Source: a virus. Taken from it: a stretch of DNA of 64,000 nt. The first letter of the stretch is position 1; each line of letters begins with the position of its first letter. The stretch covers positions 87,625 to 151,624 of IMG/VR virus record IMGVR_UViG_3300030365_000081, one strand, 5' to 3'. Positions 46,674-55,144 of the stretch are shown here, in pieces. Below the pieces are notes generated by a model. It ran no database searches. It was not told the DNA's origin and saw only the letters and a program-made list of their open reading frames with translations. Position numbers and translations under genes: made by a program.

Positions 46674-47570
46674 TTAGTTGGTGGTATCGACAATAATGGG
46701 GGTATCGGAGCCGGACTGGACAGTGGGAAGCTGACCATTCCATTTTTCATACATCTGCTGCTGGATCAGTTCCGGGGTGAGGGACTGGGAGATCAGACGG
46801 TTGGCATCGGCCTGAGCCTGGGCTTCGATCAGTTTGGCTTCGGCGTTGATCTGAGCGGTTTCTTTTTCCTGGTTGGCTTTCGTGATAGCAACTTCTTTTT
46901 CTTTTTCGGCATTGACATTGGCTGTCTGCTGCTCGATCTTTGCCAGCTCCAGATCCTGCTGAGCGTTGACCTTTTTCTGGACAGCTGCGCGGGTTTCGTC
47001 ATCGGGGTCGATATTGATCAGAGAAACGGATTCAATGATGATGCCATAAGGCTCGAACTTATCCTTGAGGTAGGCGGTGAGTTCCGAGTTGAGGGAAGCA
47101 CGCTGGTCGCCAAGCAGATCAATGACGGAATACTTGGCCGTGACCTCTTTGGTCCAGGACATAATGTTGGGCTTGATAAAAACCTCTTTGACGTCTTTAC
47201 CGGACTGACCCTTGAAACGGGTGAAGGTATCCGCGACATGATCGGGATCAAAACGGTAGGTAAAAGTTAAATCGACCGTGAGACCTTTACCATCATTGGA
47301 CGGGACTTCGAAGGATTCATCGCCTTTGGAATCACCGTCATTACCGGAGGTGAGGTAAGACTGTTCGATACCGATGGTGTAGGTAGTAACTTTTTGTGTG
47401 GGTTTGACAAGATGGAAGCCCTGAGTGAGGGTGGTTTCCGCCACGCCGCCGTTCATGTTGTAAATGACGCCGACATAGCCAGCAGGAATACGGACAGTAC
47501 AAAACAGAGCAATAACGATACAGAAGATGATAACAAGAGCAGAGATAACTGCGCCAACGGTTTTGTTCAT
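46674..47570 (-). CDS. SPFH/band-7 (stomatin/prohibitin-like) membrane protein
   Basis: N-terminal TM then band-7 core (...GVIYNMNGGVAETTLTQGFHLVKP...). Coiled-coil C-terminus. Confidence 0.6.
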   Translation of the reverse strand: MNKTVGAVISALVIIFCIVIALFCTVRIPAGYVGVIYNMNGGVAETTLTQGFHLVKPTQKVTTYTIGIEQSYLTSGNDGDSKGDESFEVPSNDGKGLTVDLTFTYRFDPDHVADTFTRFKGQSGKDVKEVFIKPNIMSWTKEVTAKYSVIDLLGDQRASLNSELTAYLKDKFEPYGIIIESVSLINIDPDDETRAAVQKKVNAQQDLELAKIEQQTANVNAEKEKEVAITKANQEKETAQINAEAKLIEAQAQADANRLISQSLTPELIQQQMYEKWNGQLPTVQSGSDTPIIVDTTN

Positions 47571-47582
47571 TGAAAAAACTCC

Positions 47583-47864
47583 TTATTTTTTGTTTGTGAA
47601 CTGACGGAAGAAATTGAGAATTTTGGAACCAAATTCATCATAATGCGGGGAAAGCCAAGCCCAAAAAAGGATGGCTGCGAGGATTATGAGAAGGACAAAT
47701 GCGACTGGAATGGAAACACCCCCCTTTGAAAAAGAGTAAAAAATAGAAAGCCCCGCAGAAAATGTACTGCGATGCTTTATGGCTTTTTTGCTGAATAAGA
47801 ATTCAGTGAATGAGGATTCAGGGAATTTTAATTTTGTGATAGTGGCCGGAAAACGTTTCGGCAT
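47583..47864 (-). CDS. small membrane protein
   Basis: 93-aa ORF. TM segment VAFVLLIILAAILFWAWL. Confidence 0.3.
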   Translation of the reverse strand: MPKRFPATITKLKFPESSFTEFLFSKKAIKHRSTFSAGLSIFYSFSKGGVSIPVAFVLLIILAAILFWAWLSPHYDEFGSKILNFFRQFTNKK

Positions 47865-48357
47865 CGGGGATTAAAACTTCATGGCGATAATCTGTAGGAT
47901 AGTTGGCTTTGAGCCAGGTGCGTTTTTCTTCGATCTGCGACCAGATGGAAGTGCAATCATACAAAGAATACTGCTCTGCAAAGCGGAGGAAATGTGGGAT
48001 GATACCGCCGAAAATAACTTCATCATAAAGTTTGGAATCAGGGGAAGAGAGGTAAGTATCTAATAAAGGACAAGATGAAATGGGGTGCTGATAAGAGATG
48101 TAAAGGAAATCGTCCTTAAACATGTGATTGGTGTGATAACAGGGCTGATACCAAAGACCTTTGATGGAATCAGTGCGGAGATAGCCCCTGGTACCATAGT
48201 AAGTGCCGGAAAGAAAACAGCCGGGAAGATCCTGATAGGTTAGTTTGGTAGGATATTTGCCCTGAGAGAAAAGGGTTTTTGATTCAGGGTCTAGCCAGTG
48301 TTGCAGGCCGATGCGGCGGGTGGTATAAAGGTTAGCAGGAGTGGGACGGGATTTCAT
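47818..48357 (-). CDS. hypothetical protein (first gene of minus-strand operon)
   Basis: 179 aa. aaggagag RBS. Confidence 0.45.
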   Translation of the reverse strand: MKSRPTPANLYTTRRIGLQHWLDPESKTLFSQGKYPTKLTYQDLPGCFLSGTYYGTRGYLRTDSIKGLWYQPCYHTNHMFKDDFLYISYQHPISSCPLLDTYLSSPDSKLYDEVIFGGIIPHFLRFAEQYSLYDCTSIWSQIEEKRTWLKANYPTDYRHEVLIPDAETFSGHYHKIKIP

Positions 48358-48933
48358 GTGACAGCTCTCCTTCGATCGAGTTCAACGTGAAGCTGGAACC
48401 ATTCTTCAGCACCAGCATCCATAGGGCAGTTATTAAGCTGGGGACAGACCTGACAACCAAGATCAGTAGAAAAAGAGGCAAGCTGATGCTGAGTATAGAG
48501 CAAGAAAGAGCACCTCCTGAATAAAATCAAAAAATAAAATCCCGGCAAACGACAAGTTCGAGCCGTACAGCGAGAACTTGAAGGTTGACATCACGTTGGG
48601 AAATTCAATCTTCCGGGTATGACCGGGAAGCGGTATGCGGGGCGGCCGTGAAGGCGGTGCCTGTAGGTACCAGGGACTTTGCCGGAAATATGAAACGCCG
48701 TGAGGGGCGAAACACCAAAGAAAAAATCACCCCACCGCAGTTGAATTGATTGATTAGAATCAATGAACCAAGCCGACTTGGATAAGCGCTCGGATATGAC
48801 CAGAGTGCGGTGCTGGAGCACGGTTTTACCAGCGGGGTGATTGGGTGGCAGGTCTGGTTCTTGATCGGTGCTGCCATACCGAACGGTGATTTTTTTTGAC
48901 CGATAAATCACCAAAAAAGGTTTCCAATCCCTT

Positions 48934-49026
48934 ACGGCAAGTCCGTAAGGCTGGTACTCCCACCCTGACTTGAACAGGGATTGCGCACTAATCTGGTGCT
49001 AGGCGGGCTATAAGGCCGCTTCTCTA
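48934..49026 (-). tRNA. atypical tRNA-like element (93 nt)
   Basis: rc = GCTCCCATA TCTC AATGGTA GAGA A GCGGC CTTATAG CCCGC [23-nt arm with GCAC/GTGC stem] CCCTG TTCAAGT CAGGG TGGGAGT A CCA. Good acceptor, D and T arms (TTCAAGT loop) and encoded CCA. Anticodon loop reads UAU with a C-C mismatch in the stem. Coordinates +/-1. Confidence 0.35.
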
Positions 49027-49138
49027 CCATTGAGATATGGGAGCATGTTACACCGTCCATAGTCACCTGCGACTTGGGCGGTAAGGAATGCGCTGGCCAA
49101 GAGTATATTTGAGGTATACTTGGTAAGTACAAACGTTT

Positions 49139-50548
49139 TTAAGATACTTTAGTCCACGCAGAGTGCATGGAGTTTGACGTTTTAACAATTTTTAGTTTTT
49201 TGAGACTGGCAGACTTTTTGCCGCTTTTTGATGGAGTTTTGAATTCTACGCCTACATAACCATTCTTTCCGGCATGAGTGCTATGGACAACAAGAATTTC
49301 TCCGTTAAGAGAAACCAAATCACCGGGATTGAGGGCTACCTTTTTGCGGCGTAGAGCACGGTAGCCTTTACGAGTCCTTTTCCCACGATACTTGTGCAGG
49401 TTCTCGGAATCCTTTTTATGGCTACGGTTGATTCTACCGTTAAAGAGGCTTCTGCCGTTAGCCACTTTGCCGGTGCGGATGTCAATGTACTGCGAGTCAT
49501 GAAATTTTTCGAGAATGCGGTTATTGCGTTTCACCTTTTTATAATGTTCAAACGCGCAGCGGTCAACTGGATGAAAGTTCCCCATTGCATACGCATCGTT
49601 GTTATGACACTTTTCAAGATGAAGAGCAATCCGCTTTTCCTTGGTCATTGCGCCATAAGTGAATGTGACGAACAGTTTTCCAAAAGTAGCGTAAAGCTCA
49701 TTAACGATTTGCCAGCGCACAGTGTTCATAAATGCTGCACCGGAAAGGTTGGCGAACTTTATATTTTCACCGAACCCATAGAGCTTGCTGCCTTTTTGGT
49801 GGTTAGCTGGTGTATGGCATTTTTCGCACACCGTCAATAGTTCATTAAGACTATTACCGTGACGACCTTTCCAGTAAAACATATGGTGCACATGTAAAAT
49901 GGCGCTATCATTTTTGGCTTTGCGCCCACAAACTTTGCAAGTATATTTATCACGATAGAATACCGCTTCTCTCAAGGTAGCCAAATTGTAGCGAGGGCCT
50001 TTTTGATAATCTGCGCCTTCCGGTATAGCTTTACCCTCCTGGATGGCTTTTACAAGCATTGTGTCGAAAGAACCAACTTCAACAGTTACATGCGTAATAG
50101 GAACTACCTCGCAATACATCTTGATGACATTGACGTTGAGTTCTTTCTTATGTTCAAGAGATGGTGCAAGCCAATCTTTATTCCGCTTACGATTATCGAA
50201 ACGCGGCTTGCGGTAACGTAACCTGTTTCTACGGATGCGGCGCATCTTACGACAACTATCGTGGCAGTCTTTCTCATCCTGCAATGTATCATATTGTACA
50301 GACACATATTCATGGGATTCACTTTTCACGCTGATGCCAATGTAGTTGTAACCCACATCCTCGCAGATTTCGATGGGTTGAATATTCGTTTCGCTGTCAT
50401 ACAGCAACTGGATGGTAAACGGATGATGCTTAATAATTTTTGCCTTTCCGTCTTTCAGGAGATGGCGCACCTTGCCAAGACGGATGGTCGGCATTAAGCG
50501 TTCGCCGCTCTTACTGAGAACACAAGCGCAAGTGCTCATGCAAGGCAC
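49139..50548 (-). CDS. iscB: IscB RNA-guided nuclease (OMEGA), copy A
   Basis: 469 aa. PLMP-type N-terminus (GERLMPT), RuvC-I (EDVGYNYIG), Arg-rich bridge helix (RKMRRIRRNRLRYRKPRFDNRKRNK), RuvC-II (VTVEVGSFD), HNH (CKVCG...HVHHMFYWKGRHGNSLNELLTVCEKCH), RuvC-III (HNNDAYAMG). Confidence 0.8.
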   Translation of the reverse strand: MPCMSTCACVLSKSGERLMPTIRLGKVRHLLKDGKAKIIKHHPFTIQLLYDSETNIQPIEICEDVGYNYIGISVKSESHEYVSVQYDTLQDEKDCHDSCRKMRRIRRNRLRYRKPRFDNRKRNKDWLAPSLEHKKELNVNVIKMYCEVVPITHVTVEVGSFDTMLVKAIQEGKAIPEGADYQKGPRYNLATLREAVFYRDKYTCKVCGRKAKNDSAILHVHHMFYWKGRHGNSLNELLTVCEKCHTPANHQKGSKLYGFGENIKFANLSGAAFMNTVRWQIVNELYATFGKLFVTFTYGAMTKEKRIALHLEKCHNNDAYAMGNFHPVDRCAFEHYKKVKRNNRILEKFHDSQYIDIRTGKVANGRSLFNGRINRSHKKDSENLHKYRGKRTRKGYRALRRKKVALNPGDLVSLNGEILVVHSTHAGKNGYVGVEFKTPSKSGKKSASLKKLKIVKTSNSMHSAWTKVS

Positions 50549-50850
50549 TCCTTTCGCAAATAATAAATCGATAAGTCAGGGCTTGCGCCCTGTGGTCCAC
50601 ATCGCCAATGTTGTTGTACTGTTTTACCTTTCGGTATGATGTTCGCACTTCTTCTACCCTCAGAGATTTTTAACAAACATCCGCAGAGCTTACCACTTGT
50701 GGAGTATGGATAAGGTGCCTATATTATTGGTACACAACGTAGTTTCCCCCGCTGCAGAAGCAACGGGCTTAGGCTAATCAACCGGACTTACGAATTTCCC
50801 CGCAAGTCCCGTCTATAACCGGCGGAACGGTTTAGGCGAGGTTGTTGACT
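50549..50850 (-). ncRNA. candidate omega-RNA scaffold of IscB-A (IS left end)
   Basis: About 300 nt directly 5' of iscB-A, with no ORF, about 80% identical to the region 5' of iscB-D (62513..62889). Contains conserved GNRA hairpin (cagggcGCAAgccctg) next to the RBS. Similarity stops abruptly after ...gttgttgact. Confidence 0.5.
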
Positions 50851-51333
50851 ACGTCCTTAGCAGGGACGCCTCTTAAACCAGCTTGAGTATTGCTCCGTGT
50901 GAAAGGGCATCCCACCCTTGAGGTACCAGCGACGTGCTTAGCCGTCTCGCCATATGTCGATAGGTACTTACCGCTGCTTACCACTCGCCGCAGCCCGGAG
51001 GACTTTCCCATCTTGCCACCAGTTGGAAAGGTGTTTGGAAGCCAACTGGAAGTTCCGCCGATCGGTTTCATGCCGGGTACTGCGTGTTAAGACTGCCGTA
51101 AAGACGGCTTTGAACCCGGCAAGGTGGACTGTTACCTGCCCGAAGGTGCAAACGGATTAGTTTTGAGGCAGTGTGCCGCTGCTCTGCCATTGCTTTAGCA
51201 TCTGGGGGTTAGACCAGAATAAAGCGTCCAGCGAGTTTATTTCACCCACTGATTTGACGGAGAGATTGCCCTCCGCGTACCCCAGACTTGACCGGCGCTG
51301 GGAGCCATGACGCCCCGGTGTGAACCGGAACGG

Positions 51334-51409
51334 TGGAGCCAGGTGGGGGAGTTGGACCCACAACCTGCCGCTTACAAAACGGCTGCTCTGCCAATTGAGC
51401 TAACCTGGC
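51334..51409 (-). tRNA. degenerate tRNA-Thr(UGU)-like gene/pseudo-tRNA
   Basis: rc = GCCAGGT TA GCTC AATTGGCA GAGC A GCCGT TTTGTAA GCGGC AGGTT GTGGG TCCAACT CCCCC ACCTGGC T CCA. Acceptor, D and anticodon arms are canonical and CCA is encoded. The T arm has a mismatch and a non-TPsiC loop. Confidence 0.4.
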
Positions 51410-51807
51410 ATAGTAACAGAATAACTTCATGATGGAGACGACATCCCGCGATATGGTACATATATTTGTACTGGTGACGGGTACATAGATTCAAATTCAA
51501 ACACCTGGATATACGCAGTTACAGGAAAAAATTGTAACAACGCCATTTACGACTAGTGGCTTGCGTTTGATAACAAAGAGGGCATAAGCTTTTCGCAGTT
51601 CATTTGGAAAATACGAACAGGGCATTTTCAGCCGCAGACAGCTCGACAAACTGTTTGAACTGAATGGAAGCAAGAACCCCGAAAAAGCCGCTGACCACTG
51701 GATATGACCGAGGTGTGGAGCCGTTTGCTACCCGGTGTGGCCGCAGGTTGGCCGCGCCGGTGTGACGGGACTTTACGGTGTGAAACCAAAATGAAATTAT
51801 TCTGTTG

Positions 51808-51882
51808 TGGAGGGGTGTACCGGAGTTTAACCGGCGCTGCCTGCTTGGAAGGCAGGAGTACGAACCGTTATACGAACACCCC
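51808..51882 (-). tRNA. tRNA-Gly(UCC)
   Basis: rc = GGGGTGT TC GTAT AACGGTTC GTAC T CCTGC CTTCCAA GCAGG CAGC GCCGG TTAAACT CCGGT ACACCCC T CCA. All stems pair. Anticodon UCC. T-loop has A at position 56 (non-canonical). Confidence 0.55.
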
Positions 51883-51887
51883 AGATT

Positions 51888-51961
51888 GGCGCCCGGTTGG
51901 GATTGAACCAACAATCTCCCGATTACAAGTCGGGCGCTTGACCGCTTTAAGCTGCGGACGC
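51888..51961 (-). tRNA. tRNA-Thr(UGU)
   Basis: rc = GCGTCCG CA GCTT AAAGCGGTC AAGC G CCCGA CTTGTAA TCGGG AGATT GTTGG TTCAATC CCAAC CGGGCGC C. Canonical cloverleaf (one G-U in acceptor). CCA not encoded. 5 nt from the tRNA-Gly. Confidence 0.6.
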
Positions 51962-52124
51962 TGAGAAACGAATTGACAAAAGAAAAAAGTCATGATAAGA
52001 TATAATTGCACTACCTTCAGAATTTTTAGCACAATCATTTTTTAGCAATTTCCTCTTTCACAAAGTTTCGTCTTACGTTTTATTGAGAAGGCGAAGCTAA
52101 AAATGAAAGAAGGGTGGTGGTTCC

Positions 52125-52220
52125 GTGAGGAAACGCCTAAGTGCAGTTATTGCCGAAGTGGCGGATGTTATCACAATCGCAGGAGCGATCCTGTGGGTGT
52201 GGCAGATTGTCACAAGGTAA
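52125..52220 (+). CDS. possible 31-aa hydrophobic peptide (GTG start)
   Basis: gaagggtggtgg RBS, GTG, then VRKRLSAVIAEVADVITIAGAILWVWQIVTR*. Followed by hairpin + T-run (aaaagcc ttatgccgtttggtatgg ggctttttta). Confidence 0.25.
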   Translation: MRKRLSAVIAEVADVITIAGAILWVWQIVTR

Positions 52221-52730
52221 ATAGCAAAAGCCTTATGCCGTTTGGTATGGGGCTTTTTTATTTTGCCAATTCATTGATTCCTGCCGGGATTGGACCGGTA
52301 AAGCAGCCGACCTGCCGGGAATCATACCAGGGCGGATTGTTTTAACGTGCTACCGCCTTCGCACGTTACCCATGTACCAGCCTTGAGGACAGCGAGGTGC
52401 CGACACAGCCATGCACATGACCTTGCGTCAAGGATTTAATAGAGCCTTGAGCCTTGGGGGTTGAGGAATAAACCTTGATGAAAAATAAAGTTTGAAATTT
52501 GAGCGTTGAGGTTTAAGCGTTAAGCATTAAACTTTCCGGGCAAATACATTCATCCTGGCGGGCTAGGCACACAAAAACGCAGCCGCGAGGAATGAACCAA
52601 TATTTTTTATCATAATTATTGATAGCGTGGAACAGGTGTTTATAGTTTTAACTTTGTCATTATTCCACAGCGGACAAAGCGGCTTGTGGTTTGACGCTTT
52701 CGGTACACAGGCAAATGGTATCAAAACAGC

Positions 52731-53381
52731 TTAGTAGCTGAATGTGATCTGGGTGACGGCGTTGGAAACAGAGAGGGCGGAATCAATTTCGTTGTTGAAG
52801 GAATTGATCTGGGACTGCAGATCTTCAATGATTTGAGTACAGCCTTTGGTGAGGCCATCGACCAGCTCCATGGAGTTCTGTTCAAGATAGGTGTTGCGGA
52901 TCTTGGCGACAGTTTCAGGATCGGCATCCTTGGTTTTGGAATCGCCGCCGCAGATCGATTTGACCATATCATCGGCCTTGGCTTCCACACGGAGATTGGC
53001 GGAAGTGATCTGAGAGGTTTCGTTTGAATACTGAGCCTGAATATGGCTGCGCAGGTAGTCCAGGTATTCCATGCCGTGCTGTTTGAGAGAGATAGCTTCG
53101 GCCACGGTATATGTTTTATTGTTGACTGAAATTTCTGTGACCGCGTTGGACTTGGAGACAGCGGCCTTGATGGCGTTGCGGCGATTGATGAGATCCATAG
53201 CGGAATCATAACTGGCCTGAGCGGATGTTTTGAATTCATCCACCGTGACTGCACCGAGCTTGGTAGCTTTGGCTTTGGCGGCGACACAGAACTTGGCGGA
53301 ATCGATCTTTTTGATGATCCGGGAATCAATAGTTTTGAGTTCCACCAGAGCGCGGTGAATGGACATGGATTCGGTAGTCAT
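52731..53381 (-). CDS. hypothetical protein
   Basis: 216-aa ORF, Ala/Ser/Thr-rich alpha-type sequence. Confidence 0.4.
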   Translation of the reverse strand: MTTESMSIHRALVELKTIDSRIIKKIDSAKFCVAAKAKATKLGAVTVDEFKTSAQASYDSAMDLINRRNAIKAAVSKSNAVTEISVNNKTYTVAEAISLKQHGMEYLDYLRSHIQAQYSNETSQITSANLRVEAKADDMVKSICGGDSKTKDADPETVAKIRNTYLEQNSMELVDGLTKGCTQIIEDLQSQINSFNNEIDSALSVSNAVTQITFSY

Positions 53382-53471
53382 GGGAAAAACCTCCTGAAAA
53401 TAGTGTTTGCGAAAACTTGTATTATAGCGCCCGTAAAAATGTGGGACGACGATGCCCCACGATGAGAAAAA

Positions 53472-54581
53472 TTATTTTAAGTTGAGCTGCTTGTAAGACA
53501 GCCACTTTTTGTAAGAGTAAACGAAATCATTGCTATAAACGCCCCAGAGTTTTTCTGACAGCTGTTGTGTTTTGAAGAGCCGCAGGAACCGGCCGGATTT
53601 ATAACAAGAGCTGACGAGAACTTTTTTGTTTTTGAAGGGATTGTTCACCGGAAGCTGTTCTTGGCGCTGAGAATAGACGCGGTTGATGTTATTGACGATA
53701 TAAAAACCGCTGGCGTCCGGGTCCGGCGTTTCGGCCTTGTTGGCGCCTTTTACACCGCGGATCACATAATCATCGCGGCCAAAAAACAATACTTCACGCA
53801 TACCGGTACGATTGGGCACCAGGATACTTTGCGCAAGCATGGCTTTTTCAAGGTTGATACAGCAGAAAGAGGAAGAAATTACAATATCCTGCGGGAGGTG
53901 ATTTTGTTCTGTGGCGTAAATTACCATACGGGTAAGATCGACATCCGCTTTTTTGATAAGAGCAATGTTTTTGACCTCCACACCGCACCAGGCAAGGGTA
54001 TAGATTGCACGGGGCATACAGTCCAGATCGCTGTTATTAAAGATAGCTTCCAGCAGAGATTCGAATTCTTCATCAGAAAAGAGCATCTGCTGAGAATAGG
54101 AATCAAGGGACTGCTGCAGAGTGGGTTTGCTGGGATTGGAAACGGTAGTAAGGGATGGCTTGGACAGAATTTGAGAATCGTCCTCATTATCAGCCAGTGA
54201 CATCTGAAGAAACTGACGGAACGGATGACCTGTTGACTGATCCAGCGTGATAACGTTTTGAAGAACCAGGTAATCCAGGTAACAGGAGAGAAGGACCAGC
54301 TTGTTGCGGTTGATAACTGCACTTGCCGAGTTGCCGATGATTGCCTGCTTATAAAACGATGCGTACTGCTGATAGGAAAAGGATTCAAACCGGGTGCCGT
54401 ACTGATGCTCATACGTTTCGAGCGTGTAGGAAAGCCGGGGAATGATTTTTTGGATATACTGCGGAACGGTTTTGCCGTGATTGACCGTAATATAAGCATT
54501 GGTAATATCAGAGATAAGTTGTTGATAACGATCAATACGAACAGAATCATTGTTATACCGATCGATAATAGTTTTGCCCAT
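53472..54581 (-). CDS. hypothetical protein
   Basis: 369-aa ORF. No confident motif. Tyrosine-recombinase signature (LRH...Y) not found. Confidence 0.4.
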   Translation of the reverse strand: MGKTIIDRYNNDSVRIDRYQQLISDITNAYITVNHGKTVPQYIQKIIPRLSYTLETYEHQYGTRFESFSYQQYASFYKQAIIGNSASAVINRNKLVLLSCYLDYLVLQNVITLDQSTGHPFRQFLQMSLADNEDDSQILSKPSLTTVSNPSKPTLQQSLDSYSQQMLFSDEEFESLLEAIFNNSDLDCMPRAIYTLAWCGVEVKNIALIKKADVDLTRMVIYATEQNHLPQDIVISSSFCCINLEKAMLAQSILVPNRTGMREVLFFGRDDYVIRGVKGANKAETPDPDASGFYIVNNINRVYSQRQEQLPVNNPFKNKKVLVSSCYKSGRFLRLFKTQQLSEKLWGVYSNDFVYSYKKWLSYKQLNLK

Positions 54582-54644
54582 ACAGATCCTGCCTTTCTAG
54601 TTATTTATAGTATAACGTATGTAGACAGGAAATGCAAAGAAAAA

Positions 54645-55064
54645 CTATGCAACCGGTGTTGGGCGGGGTTCCGGGATGACCCAGCGGGTAAGGAATGGAT
54701 TTTGAGTGAGGAAAGCTTTTTTGGCCCGCTGCCAGTTTTCATCTGAGAAGCGGGCAATCGGTTCACCCAGCTGAGTGTTCAAAAGAGTATCACGAGCTTC
54801 GACCACGAGGGTGGAATCCCGCGTAAGGCCGCGGATGGAACCGGCCGGGTAATCAACATGCGTTGGACTGGCACTTGCAAAGCGCTTGGTGGTGAAGGGG
54901 ATGACATCACATTGGCCGCTGAATTTGTTATAAACATCATTGCTGACGACCAGATAGGGATGAATACCAACGTACTTGTGCGTACCGAGCAGGGCATGGT
55001 CTTGCGGAGCGCAGCCCAGCCGGATTTCGCCAAATTTGGGAACCGAGGTACTGGGTTTGAACAT
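54645..55064 (-). CDS. MazF/PemK/Kid-like toxin-fold protein (orphan)
   Basis: 139 aa. ...KFGEIRLGCAPQDHALLGTHKYVGIHPYLVVSNDVYNKFSGQCDVIPFTT... matches the G-x-i..f.p.G.E..k.RPalVvs pattern of MazF/PemK endoribonucleases. No antitoxin-sized ORF upstream, where the IscB-B right end sits. Confidence 0.4.
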   Translation of the reverse strand: MFKPSTSVPKFGEIRLGCAPQDHALLGTHKYVGIHPYLVVSNDVYNKFSGQCDVIPFTTKRFASASPTHVDYPAGSIRGLTRDSTLVVEARDTLLNTQLGEPIARFSDENWQRAKKAFLTQNPFLTRWVIPEPRPTPVA

Positions 55065-55113
55065 AGCGGGGAAACCTCCTTTACTTATTTAGGGTATTTA
55101 TTATTTTTGGTGG

Positions 55114-55144
55114 GATTCCTTACGAAAATAGGTGGTCTACTAAT
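55114..55144. repeat. conserved IS right-end segment shared by IscB-B and IscB-E
   Basis: gaaaataggtggtctactaatttatgc immediately 3' of both stop codons (55123..55147 and about 63143..63168). Sequences diverge beyond it. Confidence 0.5.

Noticed and set aside
48360-48930. Possible tRNA or structured RNA between the phage early operon and the 93-nt tRNA-like element
   Set aside because: - Hairpins are present (e.g. caagttc...gaacttg).
- No cloverleaf could be built.
- More likely promoter or leader sequence of the minus-strand operon.
50851-51333. Possible RNase P RNA or tmRNA
   Set aside because: - A few RNase P-like k-mers (GGAAAGTCC-like, GGTAACAGTCC-like) occur, but in the wrong order and without P4 partner sequences.
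- No tmRNA tag reading frame or tRNA-like ends were found.
- Left as an uncharacterised structured region.
53472-54581. Tyrosine recombinase/integrase
   Set aside because: - Size and position near tRNAs suggested an integrase.
- The conserved R..K..HxxR..Y catalytic constellation could not be found.
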